The notes under the pieces: model-generated | Seen by the model: only the letters and a program-made list of their open reading frames with translations | Database searches by the model: none | What the model was told of the DNA's origin: nothing | Program-made: the position numbers and the translations under genes | Assembly: GCA_015711895.1 (NCBI GenBank) | Contig: JACVJH010000024.1 | Span: 1 to 41,371, forward strand | Direction: 5' to 3' | DNA from: Candidatus Solincola tengchongensis | Lineage (GTDB): Bacteria; Actinomycetota; Geothermincolia; Geothermincolales; RBG-13-55-18 | DNA: 41,371 nucleotides | In this document: positions 18,008 through 26,737 of the stretch, piece by piece | How the letters are laid out: the number at the start of each line of letters is the position of its first letter | How positions within the stretch are numbered: position 1 is the first letter of the stretch

Positions 18008-19468
18008 ATGGAGCGCGGTTTGGAAGACGGGAAGAGGATCGCCAGAAATATAATTCTCATCATGGGAGGGGGGACCTTCCGGGCGATACTCATGCCCATC
18101 TTCACCGTGCTCGTGGCCCGCAGGCTGGGAACGGAGGGTTTCGGGGCCTATTCCTTCGCCCTCTCCCTGGCCTACATCCTGCTCATCATCGGTGAGCTGG
18201 GCCTGCCCAAGCTGGTGGTGAGGGAGCTGGCCGCCAACCGTGGCGAGGTGGCCCGCTACGTCGGGGACCTCACGGTCCTGAGGCTGATCACCGGCGTGGC
18301 CAGCGCGGGGATCATCTACGCCATCGTGGCCCTGACCGCCAGGTCCTCCGACACTCGCCTTCCCCTTTTCCTCATCGGGCTCAGCTTCGTGGTCTTCACC
18401 GGCCTGAGGCGTTTCTTCGATGCCGTCTTCCAGGCCTTCGAGGTCATGAAATACCAGGCCCTCTCCGACCTGGTGGACATCCTGCTGACCTTCGGCGTGG
18501 GTTCCGTCCTCCTCCTGCGGGGTTTCGGGTTGGTGGGCATCTCCTATGCCCTGATGGTGGGAGCGGTGGTCTCCATGGGGGTGGACTTCATCATCCTCAC
18601 CCGGAAGATGGGAAAGCCCGTCTTCACCCTCGACCTGGCCTTCTGGAAGAGGATGGTGGCCGGCGCGCTCCCCTTCGGGGTCATCGGCCTGGTGACCTTC
18701 CTCTTCGGTTACACCAACACCGTCCTGGTGTCCGCCTTCAAGGGCGACTATCAAGCCGGCCTCTTCAGCTCCGCCTACCGCATCATCTGGGCCATGGCCG
18801 TGGTGCCCGCCACCTGCATGACCGCTGTGTTCCCATATCTTTCCAGAACAGGCAGAACCTCGGTCCAGCGCAACCGGGAGGTGATCCGCAGGGTGGTCAA
18901 GTATCTGGCCTGCGTGAGCCTCCCCTTCTGCGCGATGATGGCCCTTTTCGCCCCTCAGGTGATAAGCGCCGTTTACGGGGATTCCTATGCCTCCGCCCGC
19001 TCCGCACTCTGGGTTCTGGCCGCCATCCCCCTCTTCAGCTTCACCTACATCCCTCTCATCGACCTCCTGAACGCGCATTACAAGCACAGGCTCAGCATGC
19101 TGGCCATCCTCGCCTGCGCGGGGGTGAACGTCCTCCTCTGCCTTTTGCTGGCCCCGGTCATGGGATTCATGGGCGCCGCGGTGAGCACCCTGGTCTCCGA
19201 AGCGGCCATGCTCGGGCTGGTACTCCTCCTCGCCTGGAAGCACGTGCGCGTCCACCCCCGCATGCTGGGGAACTGGAAGCCCGCCCTGGCCGCGCTGACG
19301 GCCGCTCTCCTGTGCCTTCCCCTGCGTTCGGCCCTCCCCTTCTTCGGGCTGGCCTCGGTGTACGTGGCCGCCTACCTGGGCGCCCTCTTCGCCCTGCGCA
19401 CCTTCGACGCCGCGGACTGGAGGATATTCATGTCCGTGCTTCCCAGGCGCGCCGTTTCCCGGGCCTGA
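18008..19468 (+). CDS. Polysaccharide/oligosaccharide flippase-like membrane protein (Wzx/MOP superfamily)
   Basis: 486 aa with about 12-14 hydrophobic segments. The N-terminus resembles Polysacc_synt (IARNIILIMGGGTFRAILMPIFTVLVARRLGTEGFGAYSFALSL). The family assignment rests on overall pattern only. Confidence 0.65.
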   Translation: MERGLEDGKRIARNIILIMGGGTFRAILMPIFTVLVARRLGTEGFGAYSFALSLAYILLIIGELGLPKLVVRELAANRGEVARYVGDLTVLRLITGVASAGIIYAIVALTARSSDTRLPLFLIGLSFVVFTGLRRFFDAVFQAFEVMKYQALSDLVDILLTFGVGSVLLLRGFGLVGISYALMVGAVVSMGVDFIILTRKMGKPVFTLDLAFWKRMVAGALPFGVIGLVTFLFGYTNTVLVSAFKGDYQAGLFSSAYRIIWAMAVVPATCMTAVFPYLSRTGRTSVQRNREVIRRVVKYLACVSLPFCAMMALFAPQVISAVYGDSYASARSALWVLAAIPLFSFTYIPLIDLLNAHYKHRLSMLAILACAGVNVLLCLLLAPVMGFMGAAVSTLVSEAAMLGLVLLLAWKHVRVHPRMLGNWKPALAALTAALLCLPLRSALPFFGLASVYVAAYLGALFALRTFDAADWRIFMSVLPRRAVSRA

Positions 19469-19514
19469 CGCGAAAAGCCTGCTCGAGGGATTCGCGCGGA
19501 CGGGTACCGCACAC

Positions 19515-19624
19515 GGGTGAGCCCATTACCAGCGGGGCGATCTCGAGGCCTGAGAATTAGACCGGCGTGTGTCGTGCGGGATATCCGGGGTGGGCCCATT
19601 ACCCGCGGGGTGTTCTCGGGCCTG
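19515..19624 (+). repeat. Two 37/38-nt direct repeats separated by 35 nt
   Basis: The copies are GGGTGAGCCCATTACCAGCGGGGCGATCTCGAGGCCTG (19515-19552) and GGGTGGGCCCATTACCCGCGGGGTGTTCTCGGGCCTG (19588-19624). They differ by 4 substitutions and 1 indel. The repeats lie in the convergent gap between the flippase gene and the orphan gene. Confidence 0.6.
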
Positions 19625-19810
19625 CGGGGAGGACGGCGCCTGGAGGTGCCGTATCCGGCCGGAAGCGGCGAGTGAAAACCTGTTTTCTCCTGCGGGAGCG
19701 AGAGGTTCGGTGCGCCGTACGTTTCACGCTTTGTCGGAGGGCGGTCATCTCCGTCTCCGGAGCCCATGACCATATGTCGCGGCGGAGCGTGCGGGATTTC
19801 GTGAGCCGCA

Positions 19811-20881
19811 TCAGCGGGCGGTTATCTCCAGTTCCAGGACCCCCTCCGGCGAGAGTTCCCACTCCGCCGAGGAATCCCGTCCGGTGATGGTCTCCACATA
19901 CCCTTGCAGGAGTCCCACGAACATTAGGTGTAGGGCGGCGTTCTCCAGGCGGACGCGGAGACGGCCGTTTTTCAGGGATAGGGTGCGGAGGTTGCCCAGC
20001 CCGCGCAGGGCCAGCAGCTTGCGGAACTGCTCCTCGCTCTCGATCTCCCGCGCCTTATAGAATCCCGACCTGACGAAGCGCCTCTGGGCCTCGACGATGA
20101 TACGGGGTATATCCTCTCCGAGCTCCTTTTCCAGCTCATCGAAGACGGCTTCCTGGTAGGCGGGTCCGAGCATGGCCAGGCGCCTCCCGGTGGCGAGGTC
20201 CGTGATGGTCCCCTCTTCCAGGTTCCACTTGAAGGCGGAGAGGCCGGCCGGGCCGCCGCAGGTGCCGCACCGATCCAACTCCACATCGCCCGCGAGGAGA
20301 TGGTATTCCTTGAGCTGGAGTCGGCCCTGGAATTGGGGAGGGTGTTCCGCCGGGAAAGCGTTGATTTCCACCTCGCCGGGCGAGACGATCTTGTACTCGA
20401 CGTCGTTGTCGCGACGGGTTACCGCCTCCGTCGCTCCCGCCAGGTCCCCGCACCACAGCGGTATGGAGTAGGGGTTCCTCACCCTCTGCCTTATGAAGTC
20501 GCCCTCGTCCTGCTCGAAACGGTATCCCAGCACTTGAACGTCGCCGTATCCCATGATGCGGGCGAGGTTGTTATTGGCCTGGATGAGGAGGTTCATGTCG
20601 AATTCCTTGCGCGCCACCATATCCTTGACCTCCTCCGGAACCAGGCGGTCGATGTATTCGCGGGTGGCCCTGCGCTTGGTCTCGATGACGATGCGCTCGA
20701 TGGGCAGGCCTATGATCTCCTCTATGCCTCGATACAGGTGGTCCAGATTGGCACTCTCCAGGAGCACCATACGGTGGCTGCGGTCTCCCCTCTGCACTAT
20801 CACCCCGTTCTCCAGCCACTCGTGGTTGTCAACGAACTGGCGGGGCGTCCCGCATCGCGGACAGAACTCCATGCCTTCCAT
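19811..20881 (-). CDS. Uncharacterised protein: two tandem CxxC-knuckle + V4R-like modules (paralog A)
   Basis: The ORF is 19811..21076. The start is set to ATG 20881 (GGGAGGAG upstream), which gives the same 6-residue lead before CxxC as the paralog. It is colinear with 35861..36937. See findings. Confidence 0.7.
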   Translation of the reverse strand: MEGMEFCPRCGTPRQFVDNHEWLENGVIVQRGDRSHRMVLLESANLDHLYRGIEEIIGLPIERIVIETKRRATREYIDRLVPEEVKDMVARKEFDMNLLIQANNNLARIMGYGDVQVLGYRFEQDEGDFIRQRVRNPYSIPLWCGDLAGATEAVTRRDNDVEYKIVSPGEVEINAFPAEHPPQFQGRLQLKEYHLLAGDVELDRCGTCGGPAGLSAFKWNLEEGTITDLATGRRLAMLGPAYQEAVFDELEKELGEDIPRIIVEAQRRFVRSGFYKAREIESEEQFRKLLALRGLGNLRTLSLKNGRLRVRLENAALHLMFVGLLQGYVETITGRDSSAEWELSPEGVLELEITAR

Positions 20882-21169
20882 GGCTCCTCCCTTCATGCCC
20901 GGTGCATCCCTGAAGGTGCCGAGGATGTCCGTCTTTACCGGAGGGCCGTGCCCCAGGTTGCATCCCACCTCACCCCGGTCGACTCCAGCAGGCCGGGTGT
21001 CTGTCGTCATTCTACAATAAAGGACGGGAGCAGGGCATGACGGGAGCGGGCACGGGGGGTGGATCCGGAAGGGCAAGGACCCTTAGGGCAGCGGGAAACG
21101 CGGCCCTCGAAGAGGGGCCGGGGCCTAGTCCCCGGATACCGCATTTCGGGTACTCGGATGTCATAAATC

Positions 21170-21178
21170 TGTTATAAT
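21170..21178 (+). promoter_or_regulatory. Extended -10 element (TGtTATAAT) upstream of the thiolase gene
   Basis: A perfect TGnTATAAT lies at 21170-21178. The -35 region is weak. It implies a leader of about 180 nt before ATG 21366. Confidence 0.4.
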
Positions 21179-21365
21179 ATCCCCTGCCTTATTTGCATCC
21201 CCGGTAAACCTTCCGGAGGTGCGGAGCGGGCGCCAGATGTCGGGATCGCGGAGGTCCGGATCCGGCGAGAGCGGCCGTGAACGGCTGGCGAAGCCGGAAG
21301 GGCCATCTCCGTCGAGAGGTGTTTTCGAGGTAAGTATCGGAGAAGAGGAAAGCGAGGTAAGAGAC

Positions 21366-22550
21366 ATGGCAGAGATCAGGGAAGCGGTCCTGGTGGACGG
21401 CGTGAGGACCCCTAACTTCCGGGCGCACAAGGAGAAGGGATGGGCCCGGCACCTTCGTCCGGACGAGCTCCTCACCTATGTTTACAAGGCGCTCTTCGAG
21501 CGCAATCCCCAGGTGAAGCCGGAGGACGTGGACGCGGTGTTCTGCGGCACCGCCAATCAGACGGGTATGCAGAACGACATCGCCCGCCTGGGCTGGCTGG
21601 CCTCCGGGCTTCCGGAGAGCGTGCCCACCAACGGCATCAACCAGCAGTGCCCCTCGGGCATGTCGGCCATCGAGCACGCCTGCCGGGCCATTATGGCCGG
21701 GGAGGGGGAGATCTTCATCGCCTCCGGGGTGGAGGACATGATGAACGTGCCCATGGCCGCGGGCATGGATATCCCGCCCCGCATCGCCCAGTACTACAAT
21801 CCCCTGGAGCTGCCCATGGGGGCCACGGCGGAGAAGATAGCCGAGATCTATAACGTCTCCCGCGCCGACGCGGAGCTCATGGCCTACTGGAGCCACATCA
21901 GGGCCCGCGACGCCCGTGACGCCGGGAAGTTCAAGGACGAGATCGTGCCCATTCCCGCCCTGGACGAGAACGGCAACGAGTTCCTCTGCGACCGCGACCA
22001 GTGGATCCGCGACAATCCCAGCCTGGAGCAGATGGCCCAGATGCAGCCGGCCTTCAAGCCCGACGGCATCGTCACCGCGGCCACCAGCTCCCCTCTCACC
22101 GTGGGGGCCTGCGCGGCCCTGTTCATGAGCCGGGAGAAAGCCGACGAGTTGGGCCTTTCCTACCACCTCCGTTACGGCGGCGGGTGCATGGCCGGCTGCG
22201 ACCCCACGGTCATGGGCATCGGCCCGGTTTACGCCGTGCAGAAACTCCTGGCCCGTAAGGGTCTCACCGTCAAGGACATCGACCTCTGGGAGCTCAACGA
22301 GGCCTTCGGCACCCAGGCCCTGGCGGTAATCCGCGAGCTGGGCATCGGCCACAACGCCCCCTTCGACAACATCAACGTCTGGGGCGGGGCGCTGGCCCTC
22401 GGCCATCCCCTGGGGGAGTCCGGGTGCCGCATCGTCATCACCCTGAGCAACATCATGAAGAAGGACTTCCCGGAGGCCAAGCGGGCCATCGCCACCCTGT
22501 GCGGCGGCTTCGGGAACGCCAATGCCACCCTCTGGGAGAAGGTGGAATAA
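21366..22550 (+). CDS. Acetyl-CoA C-acetyltransferase (thiolase II type)
   Basis: MAEIREAVLVDGVRTPNF..., an active-site Cys region NQQCPSGMSAIEHA, then NEAFGTQ, GHPLGESGCRIV and CGGFGNANA. The start is set to ATG 21366 within ORF 21219..22550. Confidence 0.9.
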   Translation: MAEIREAVLVDGVRTPNFRAHKEKGWARHLRPDELLTYVYKALFERNPQVKPEDVDAVFCGTANQTGMQNDIARLGWLASGLPESVPTNGINQQCPSGMSAIEHACRAIMAGEGEIFIASGVEDMMNVPMAAGMDIPPRIAQYYNPLELPMGATAEKIAEIYNVSRADAELMAYWSHIRARDARDAGKFKDEIVPIPALDENGNEFLCDRDQWIRDNPSLEQMAQMQPAFKPDGIVTAATSSPLTVGACAALFMSREKADELGLSYHLRYGGGCMAGCDPTVMGIGPVYAVQKLLARKGLTVKDIDLWELNEAFGTQALAVIRELGIGHNAPFDNINVWGGALALGHPLGESGCRIVITLSNIMKKDFPEAKRAIATLCGGFGNANATLWEKVE

Positions 22551-22573
22551 GCCGGTCTTTCAGGGAATAGAGC

Positions 22574-22607
22574 GGGGGCGCGGAGTCTCCGCGCCCCCGT
22601 TGTTTTC
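22574..22607. terminator. Strong GC hairpin terminator between the convergent thiolase and ppa genes
   Basis: GGGGGCGCGGAG (22574-22585) and CTCCGCGCCCCC (22587-22598) form a 10-12 bp stem. It is followed by GTTGTTTTCC. Confidence 0.7.
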
Positions 22608-22666
22608 CGGCCGTGAAGGCCACTCTCGGGGCCTCTCGAGGCCGGTTTTCCGAGCTTCCCCGACTC

Positions 22667-23155
22667 TCATTCCCTCCTGCACCGTATGAGGTATTCCCTG
22701 GCCTGGACGGAATCCCGCCATCCCCTACTCCGCACCTCTTTGGCCTCCAGCTTCTTATAGGTGAGGAAGAAGTTCTCGATCTCCACCAGCAGATGGGGAG
22801 GGAGCTGGTCGATGTCCGTGAACGGGGACCAGCGGGGATCGTTGACCGGTACCGCCAGCACCTTGTTGTCCACGCCCTTTTCGTCCTCCATGAGCAGGAG
22901 CCCGATGGGCTTGGCCTGGATGAGGCATCCCGAGAAGGTGGGCTCGTCGAGGAGGACCAGGATGTCCACCTCGTCGCCGTCCTCGGCCAGGGTACCCTCC
23001 ACGTAGCCGTAGTCGGCCGGGTAATGGACGGCGCTGAACAGCACGCGGTCGAGCTTTATACGGCCTCTCTCCCGGTCGTATTCGTATTTGTTCTTGGAGC
23101 CCTTGGGCACCTCCACGATAACCGAGACGACATCCGGGAATTCGGCCGTGGGCAT
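22667..23155 (-). CDS. ppa: Inorganic pyrophosphatase, family I
   Basis: VIVEVPKGSKNKYEYD...HYPADYGYVEGTLAEDGDEVDILVL...DEKGVDNKVLAVP is the family I PPase signature. The start is set to ATG 23155, 8 nt after GGAGG. The ORF extends to 23275. Confidence 0.9.
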   Translation of the reverse strand: MPTAEFPDVVSVIVEVPKGSKNKYEYDRERGRIKLDRVLFSAVHYPADYGYVEGTLAEDGDEVDILVLLDEPTFSGCLIQAKPIGLLLMEDEKGVDNKVLAVPVNDPRWSPFTDIDQLPPHLLVEIENFFLTYKKLEAKEVRSRGWRDSVQAREYLIRCRRE

Positions 23156-23319
23156 CTCTCTCACCTCCATATAGAACAGGCGGCCACTTGTTGCCGTCAT
23201 GCCTGGACCATGCGCTTTCTCGCGTCTTCCGGCGATCCTCCTTGAATCATAAGGTTTCTTTGCCGCGCCCGCCACCGCTCGCGCCGGGTGAAGACGCCTT
23301 TCGCGCGGGAACCTTTATC

Positions 23320-25845
23320 TCAGGTCGGGAGATGCCGGTAGAACAGGCGTTTGGTCAGCTCGGCCCCCAGGGCATAGAGTAAGACGATGAGGGCCAGCAC
23401 GGGTAAGAAGGCGGGGGGGATTTTCCTGAAACCGAAGACCTCGCCGAGCGGCGTGAAGGGCAGCGCGAGAGCGGTCAGGATGACCAGGAAAGTGGCGACG
23501 GCCAGGAATTTTCCGGGACGGCTGCGGAAAAACGGCTTACGTGTGCGGATGATCAGGACGACGAGGGAGGCGGAGACCACGGACTCCATGAACCACCCGG
23601 TGCGGAACCCGGAGGCATCGGCGTGGAGCAGCAACATGAGGGCACCGAAAGTGAGGAAATCGAAAAGGGAGCTGAGCGGGCCGAAGACCAGCATGAACCT
23701 CCTTATGAACTTCACGTCCCACCGGCGTGGCGCCTGCACCAGCTCCTGGTCCACGTTGTCGGTGGCGATGCCCATTTCCGGGAAGTCCGTCAGGAGGTTG
23801 GTCAACAGTATCTGCCCGGGCAGCATGGGCAGGAAGGGCAGGAAGAGAGAGGCGCCGGCCATGCTGAACATGTTCCCGAAGTTGGCGCTGGTGGCCATGA
23901 ACACGTATTTCAGGGTGTTGTTGAAGGTCTTCCTTCCCTCCATCACCCCCTGCACCAGGACCTCCAGGTCCTTCTCCAGAAGGACAATCTGAGCGGCCTC
24001 TTTGGCCACGTCCACGGCGCCGTCCACGGAGATGCCCACGTCGGCTGCATGCAGCGCGGGAGCATCGTTTATCCCGTCGCCCATGAACCCCACCACGTTT
24101 CCCGCTTTCTTCAGGGCCAGGATTATCCTTTCCTTCTGGTTGGGCTCGATGGAGGCGAAGATGTCCACCTCGTTCACCTTGCCCAGAAGGGCTTCATCGC
24201 TCATGTGGTGCAAATCGGTGCCCGTGAGCACCCGGGGCGAGGCCATGCCTATCTCCTCCCCCAACCGCCCGGCGGTAAGCGGGCTGTCCCCGGTGATGAC
24301 CTTGAGCTCCACCCCCAGTTCACGCAATCTCCGCACCGTCTCTTCCACCCCAGGTTTAGGGGGGTCGTGAAAGACGAGAAGTCCGGCGAAGGTCATCTCC
24401 TTCTCGTCTTCGGTGGAAATGGCCGTCTTGTCCCGCATCCTGCGGTAAGCCACGCCGAGCAGGCGGAGGCCTTGACGGCTCTTTTCCTCGGACAGCCGGT
24501 GGATCTCCTCGGCCGCCTCTTTCAGGTCCTTCGTCTCGCCGTCGGAAGTATCCACGTGAGTGCAGATCTCCAACACCTTGTCCAGGGCTCCTTTGGTGAC
24601 CATGAGGGCGCCCTCCCCGTTCTCCACCAGGATACTGAGGCGTTTGCGGAGGAAATCGTAGGGGATCTCGTCGAGTTTACGGTAGGCGCTGAGGTCGAAG
24701 TCGCATTCCCGCCGCAGCGCCTCGTCTATGGGATTCGGAAAACCCGTCTCCAGGGCGGCGTTCAGACACCCCAGATGCAGGACCCTCCGGTCTCGCCGGC
24801 CCTCCGGTCCCAGGGCGGAATCCAGGTGGACCTCGCCCCTGGTGAGGGTTCCTGTCTTATCCGAACAGAGTACGTTCATGCTTCCGAAGTTCTCGATGGA
24901 GGCCAGGACCTTCACGATGACCTTCCTCTGGGCCATGCGCCGCGCCCCGTGGGAGAGGTTCACGCTGATGATGGCGGGAAGCAACTGGGGAGTCAGCCCT
25001 ACGGCAAGCGCCAGCGAAAAGAGCAGCGAGTCCAGGACGGGTCTATGGAAGGCCACATTGACGGCGAAGATGAAGAGCACCAGGATGAGGGTGACCTCCA
25101 TGAGCATGTAACCGAACCGGCTTACTCCGCGCTCGAATTCCGTTTCCGCTGCTCTTGACCTCAAGCGGTCGGAGATCTTTCCGAATTCGGTGTCCGGACC
25201 GGTGAGAACCACCAGGGCTCTGGCCTCTCCGCTGACCACGTGGGTGCCCATGAAGAGCGTGTTGGTCCTCCCGGAGAGAGGGGTATCCGCCGGAAGTACG
25301 CCGGGTCTTTTCTCCACCGGGAAGGTCTCACCCGTGAGCACCGCCTCGTCCATGTAGAGGTCGGTGGATTCCAGTATCAGGCAGTCTCCCGGAACCGAGG
25401 AGCCGGCGGCCAGGAGTATCACGTCTCCGGGTACCAGAGCCTCGACGTCCGCCTCCACGGGTTTCCCGTCGCGCAGCACGCGGGCTTTGGTCTTCACCAG
25501 GGAGAGGAGCCCGGCCACGGCATCGGCGGCCCCCTTTTCCTGCCAGAAGCCGAGCAGCCCGCTTATCAGGACGATGGAGAGGATGATGATGCCGTCCGAG
25601 GGGTCGTGCAGGAAGAAGGATACCGAGGCCGCGAAGACCAGGATGAGGATGATGGGGCTTCGAAACTGGTTTAAGAGAAGGGAGGGAATGCCTCTCCTCC
25701 TCTCCTTACTCGGCAGGTTGGGCCCGTACAGTTTGAGCCGGCGTAGCGCCTCTTCCGAACGCAGGCCCTGAGGAGAGGACTCCAGGTGACTAAGCGCTTC
25801 CTCCGGGGAAAGGCCCCAGAATCGTCCCAGGTCCCGTTGATCCAT
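23320..25845 (-). CDS. mgtA: Magnesium-translocating P-type ATPase (MgtA-like)
   Basis: 841 aa. Has the phosphorylation motif CSDKTGTLT, then TGDSPLTA and MGDGINDAPAL. The MgtA-type transmembrane block LPFLPMLPGQILLTNLLTDFPEMGIATDNVD is also present. Confidence 0.8.
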   Translation of the reverse strand: MDQRDLGRFWGLSPEEALSHLESSPQGLRSEEALRRLKLYGPNLPSKERRRGIPSLLLNQFRSPIILILVFAASVSFFLHDPSDGIIILSIVLISGLLGFWQEKGAADAVAGLLSLVKTKARVLRDGKPVEADVEALVPGDVILLAAGSSVPGDCLILESTDLYMDEAVLTGETFPVEKRPGVLPADTPLSGRTNTLFMGTHVVSGEARALVVLTGPDTEFGKISDRLRSRAAETEFERGVSRFGYMLMEVTLILVLFIFAVNVAFHRPVLDSLLFSLALAVGLTPQLLPAIISVNLSHGARRMAQRKVIVKVLASIENFGSMNVLCSDKTGTLTRGEVHLDSALGPEGRRDRRVLHLGCLNAALETGFPNPIDEALRRECDFDLSAYRKLDEIPYDFLRKRLSILVENGEGALMVTKGALDKVLEICTHVDTSDGETKDLKEAAEEIHRLSEEKSRQGLRLLGVAYRRMRDKTAISTEDEKEMTFAGLLVFHDPPKPGVEETVRRLRELGVELKVITGDSPLTAGRLGEEIGMASPRVLTGTDLHHMSDEALLGKVNEVDIFASIEPNQKERIILALKKAGNVVGFMGDGINDAPALHAADVGISVDGAVDVAKEAAQIVLLEKDLEVLVQGVMEGRKTFNNTLKYVFMATSANFGNMFSMAGASLFLPFLPMLPGQILLTNLLTDFPEMGIATDNVDQELVQAPRRWDVKFIRRFMLVFGPLSSLFDFLTFGALMLLLHADASGFRTGWFMESVVSASLVVLIIRTRKPFFRSRPGKFLAVATFLVILTALALPFTPLGEVFGFRKIPPAFLPVLALIVLLYALGAELTKRLFYRHLPT

Positions 25846-26043
25846 GCCCTCGCCTTCTTATCCCTGGCTACGTGTTTTGGATTTCGTCATCTCCTACAAT
25901 TCTACCCCCGACCGTACCCGCGGTTTCCGGTTCTCCGCGCCTTCTCTGGCCGCGGTCCGTTTCCCTCACATTCGGTTTGAGAGGCCGTTGATGTATATTA
26001 CTTCAGGAGCCCGTTAATCGAGCTGTCGGTAACGAGGGGAGAC

Positions 26044-26733
26044 GTGAAGAGGATACTCATCATCGAGGACGAGAGGCCGCTGGCCGAAGCGGTGGGTTTC
26101 AGCCTCGAGAAGGAAGGGTTTCAAGTGGACATAGCCCTCGACGGAGAGAGCGGCTGGAAGAAATGCCTGGAGGGGGATTACGGCCTGGTCATACTGGACC
26201 TCATGCTCCCGGGCATGGACGGCATGGAGATATGCCGCCGGCTGCGCAGGGAGAGCGATGTGCCGGTGATCATGCTCACGGCCAAGGACTCTGACGTGGA
26301 CAAGGTCCTCGGGCTGGAGATGGGGGCCGACGACTACGTGACCAAGCCCTTCAACATGCGGGAGCTCCTGGCACGGGTGAGGGCCGTCCTGCGCCGCTCT
26401 ATGGGGGAGAGAGAAGCGAGGGAAGAGCACCTCCTGCGAGCCGGGGACATCGAGCTGGATCGGGTGAGGCACGAGGTGCGGGTGGGCGGAAACGTGGTGG
26501 AGATGCCCCTCATGGAGTACCGCCTCCTGGAGCTGTTCATGCGCCATCCCGGAAAGGCCCTGCCTCGCGAGTATCTCCTGAGCCAGGTCTGGGAGGGCGA
26601 CTACTACGGCCAGAGCAAGACCCTGGAGGTGCACATAAGGCGCCTGCGGGAGAAGATAGAGGCAGACCCGTCCCAGCCCAGCCGCATCGTCACCGTTCGC
26701 GGGGTGGGCTACCGCTTCGAGGCCGGCGGTTAG
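26044..26733 (+). CDS. phoP: OmpR/PhoB-family response regulator (PhoP-like by context)
   Basis: The receiver domain reads MKRILIIEDE...LVILDLMLPGMDG...MLTAK. The winged-helix output domain reads ...LTLMEYRLLELFMRHPGKALPREYLL...VRGVGYRF. The start is GTG. The symbol is assigned from its position upstream of phoR-like and pst genes. Confidence 0.85.
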   Translation: MKRILIIEDERPLAEAVGFSLEKEGFQVDIALDGESGWKKCLEGDYGLVILDLMLPGMDGMEICRRLRRESDVPVIMLTAKDSDVDKVLGLEMGADDYVTKPFNMRELLARVRAVLRRSMGEREAREEHLLRAGDIELDRVRHEVRVGGNVVEMPLMEYRLLELFMRHPGKALPREYLLSQVWEGDYYGQSKTLEVHIRRLREKIEADPSQPSRIVTVRGVGYRFEAGG

Positions 26734-26737
26734 GACG

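Noticed and set aside
19515-19624. A CRISPR array (37-nt repeats with a 35-nt spacer).
   Set aside because: There are only two units, which differ by about 13%. No further repeats flank them and no cas genes are in the window. It is kept as a generic repeat finding instead.
25846-26043. An M-box (Mg2+) riboswitch upstream of mgtA.
   Set aside because: I read the minus strand of the 198-nt leader and did not find the conserved M-box core (for example GUUAGGUGAGGCU). The region is also shared with the divergent phoP-like promoter. An Infernal scan would settle it.
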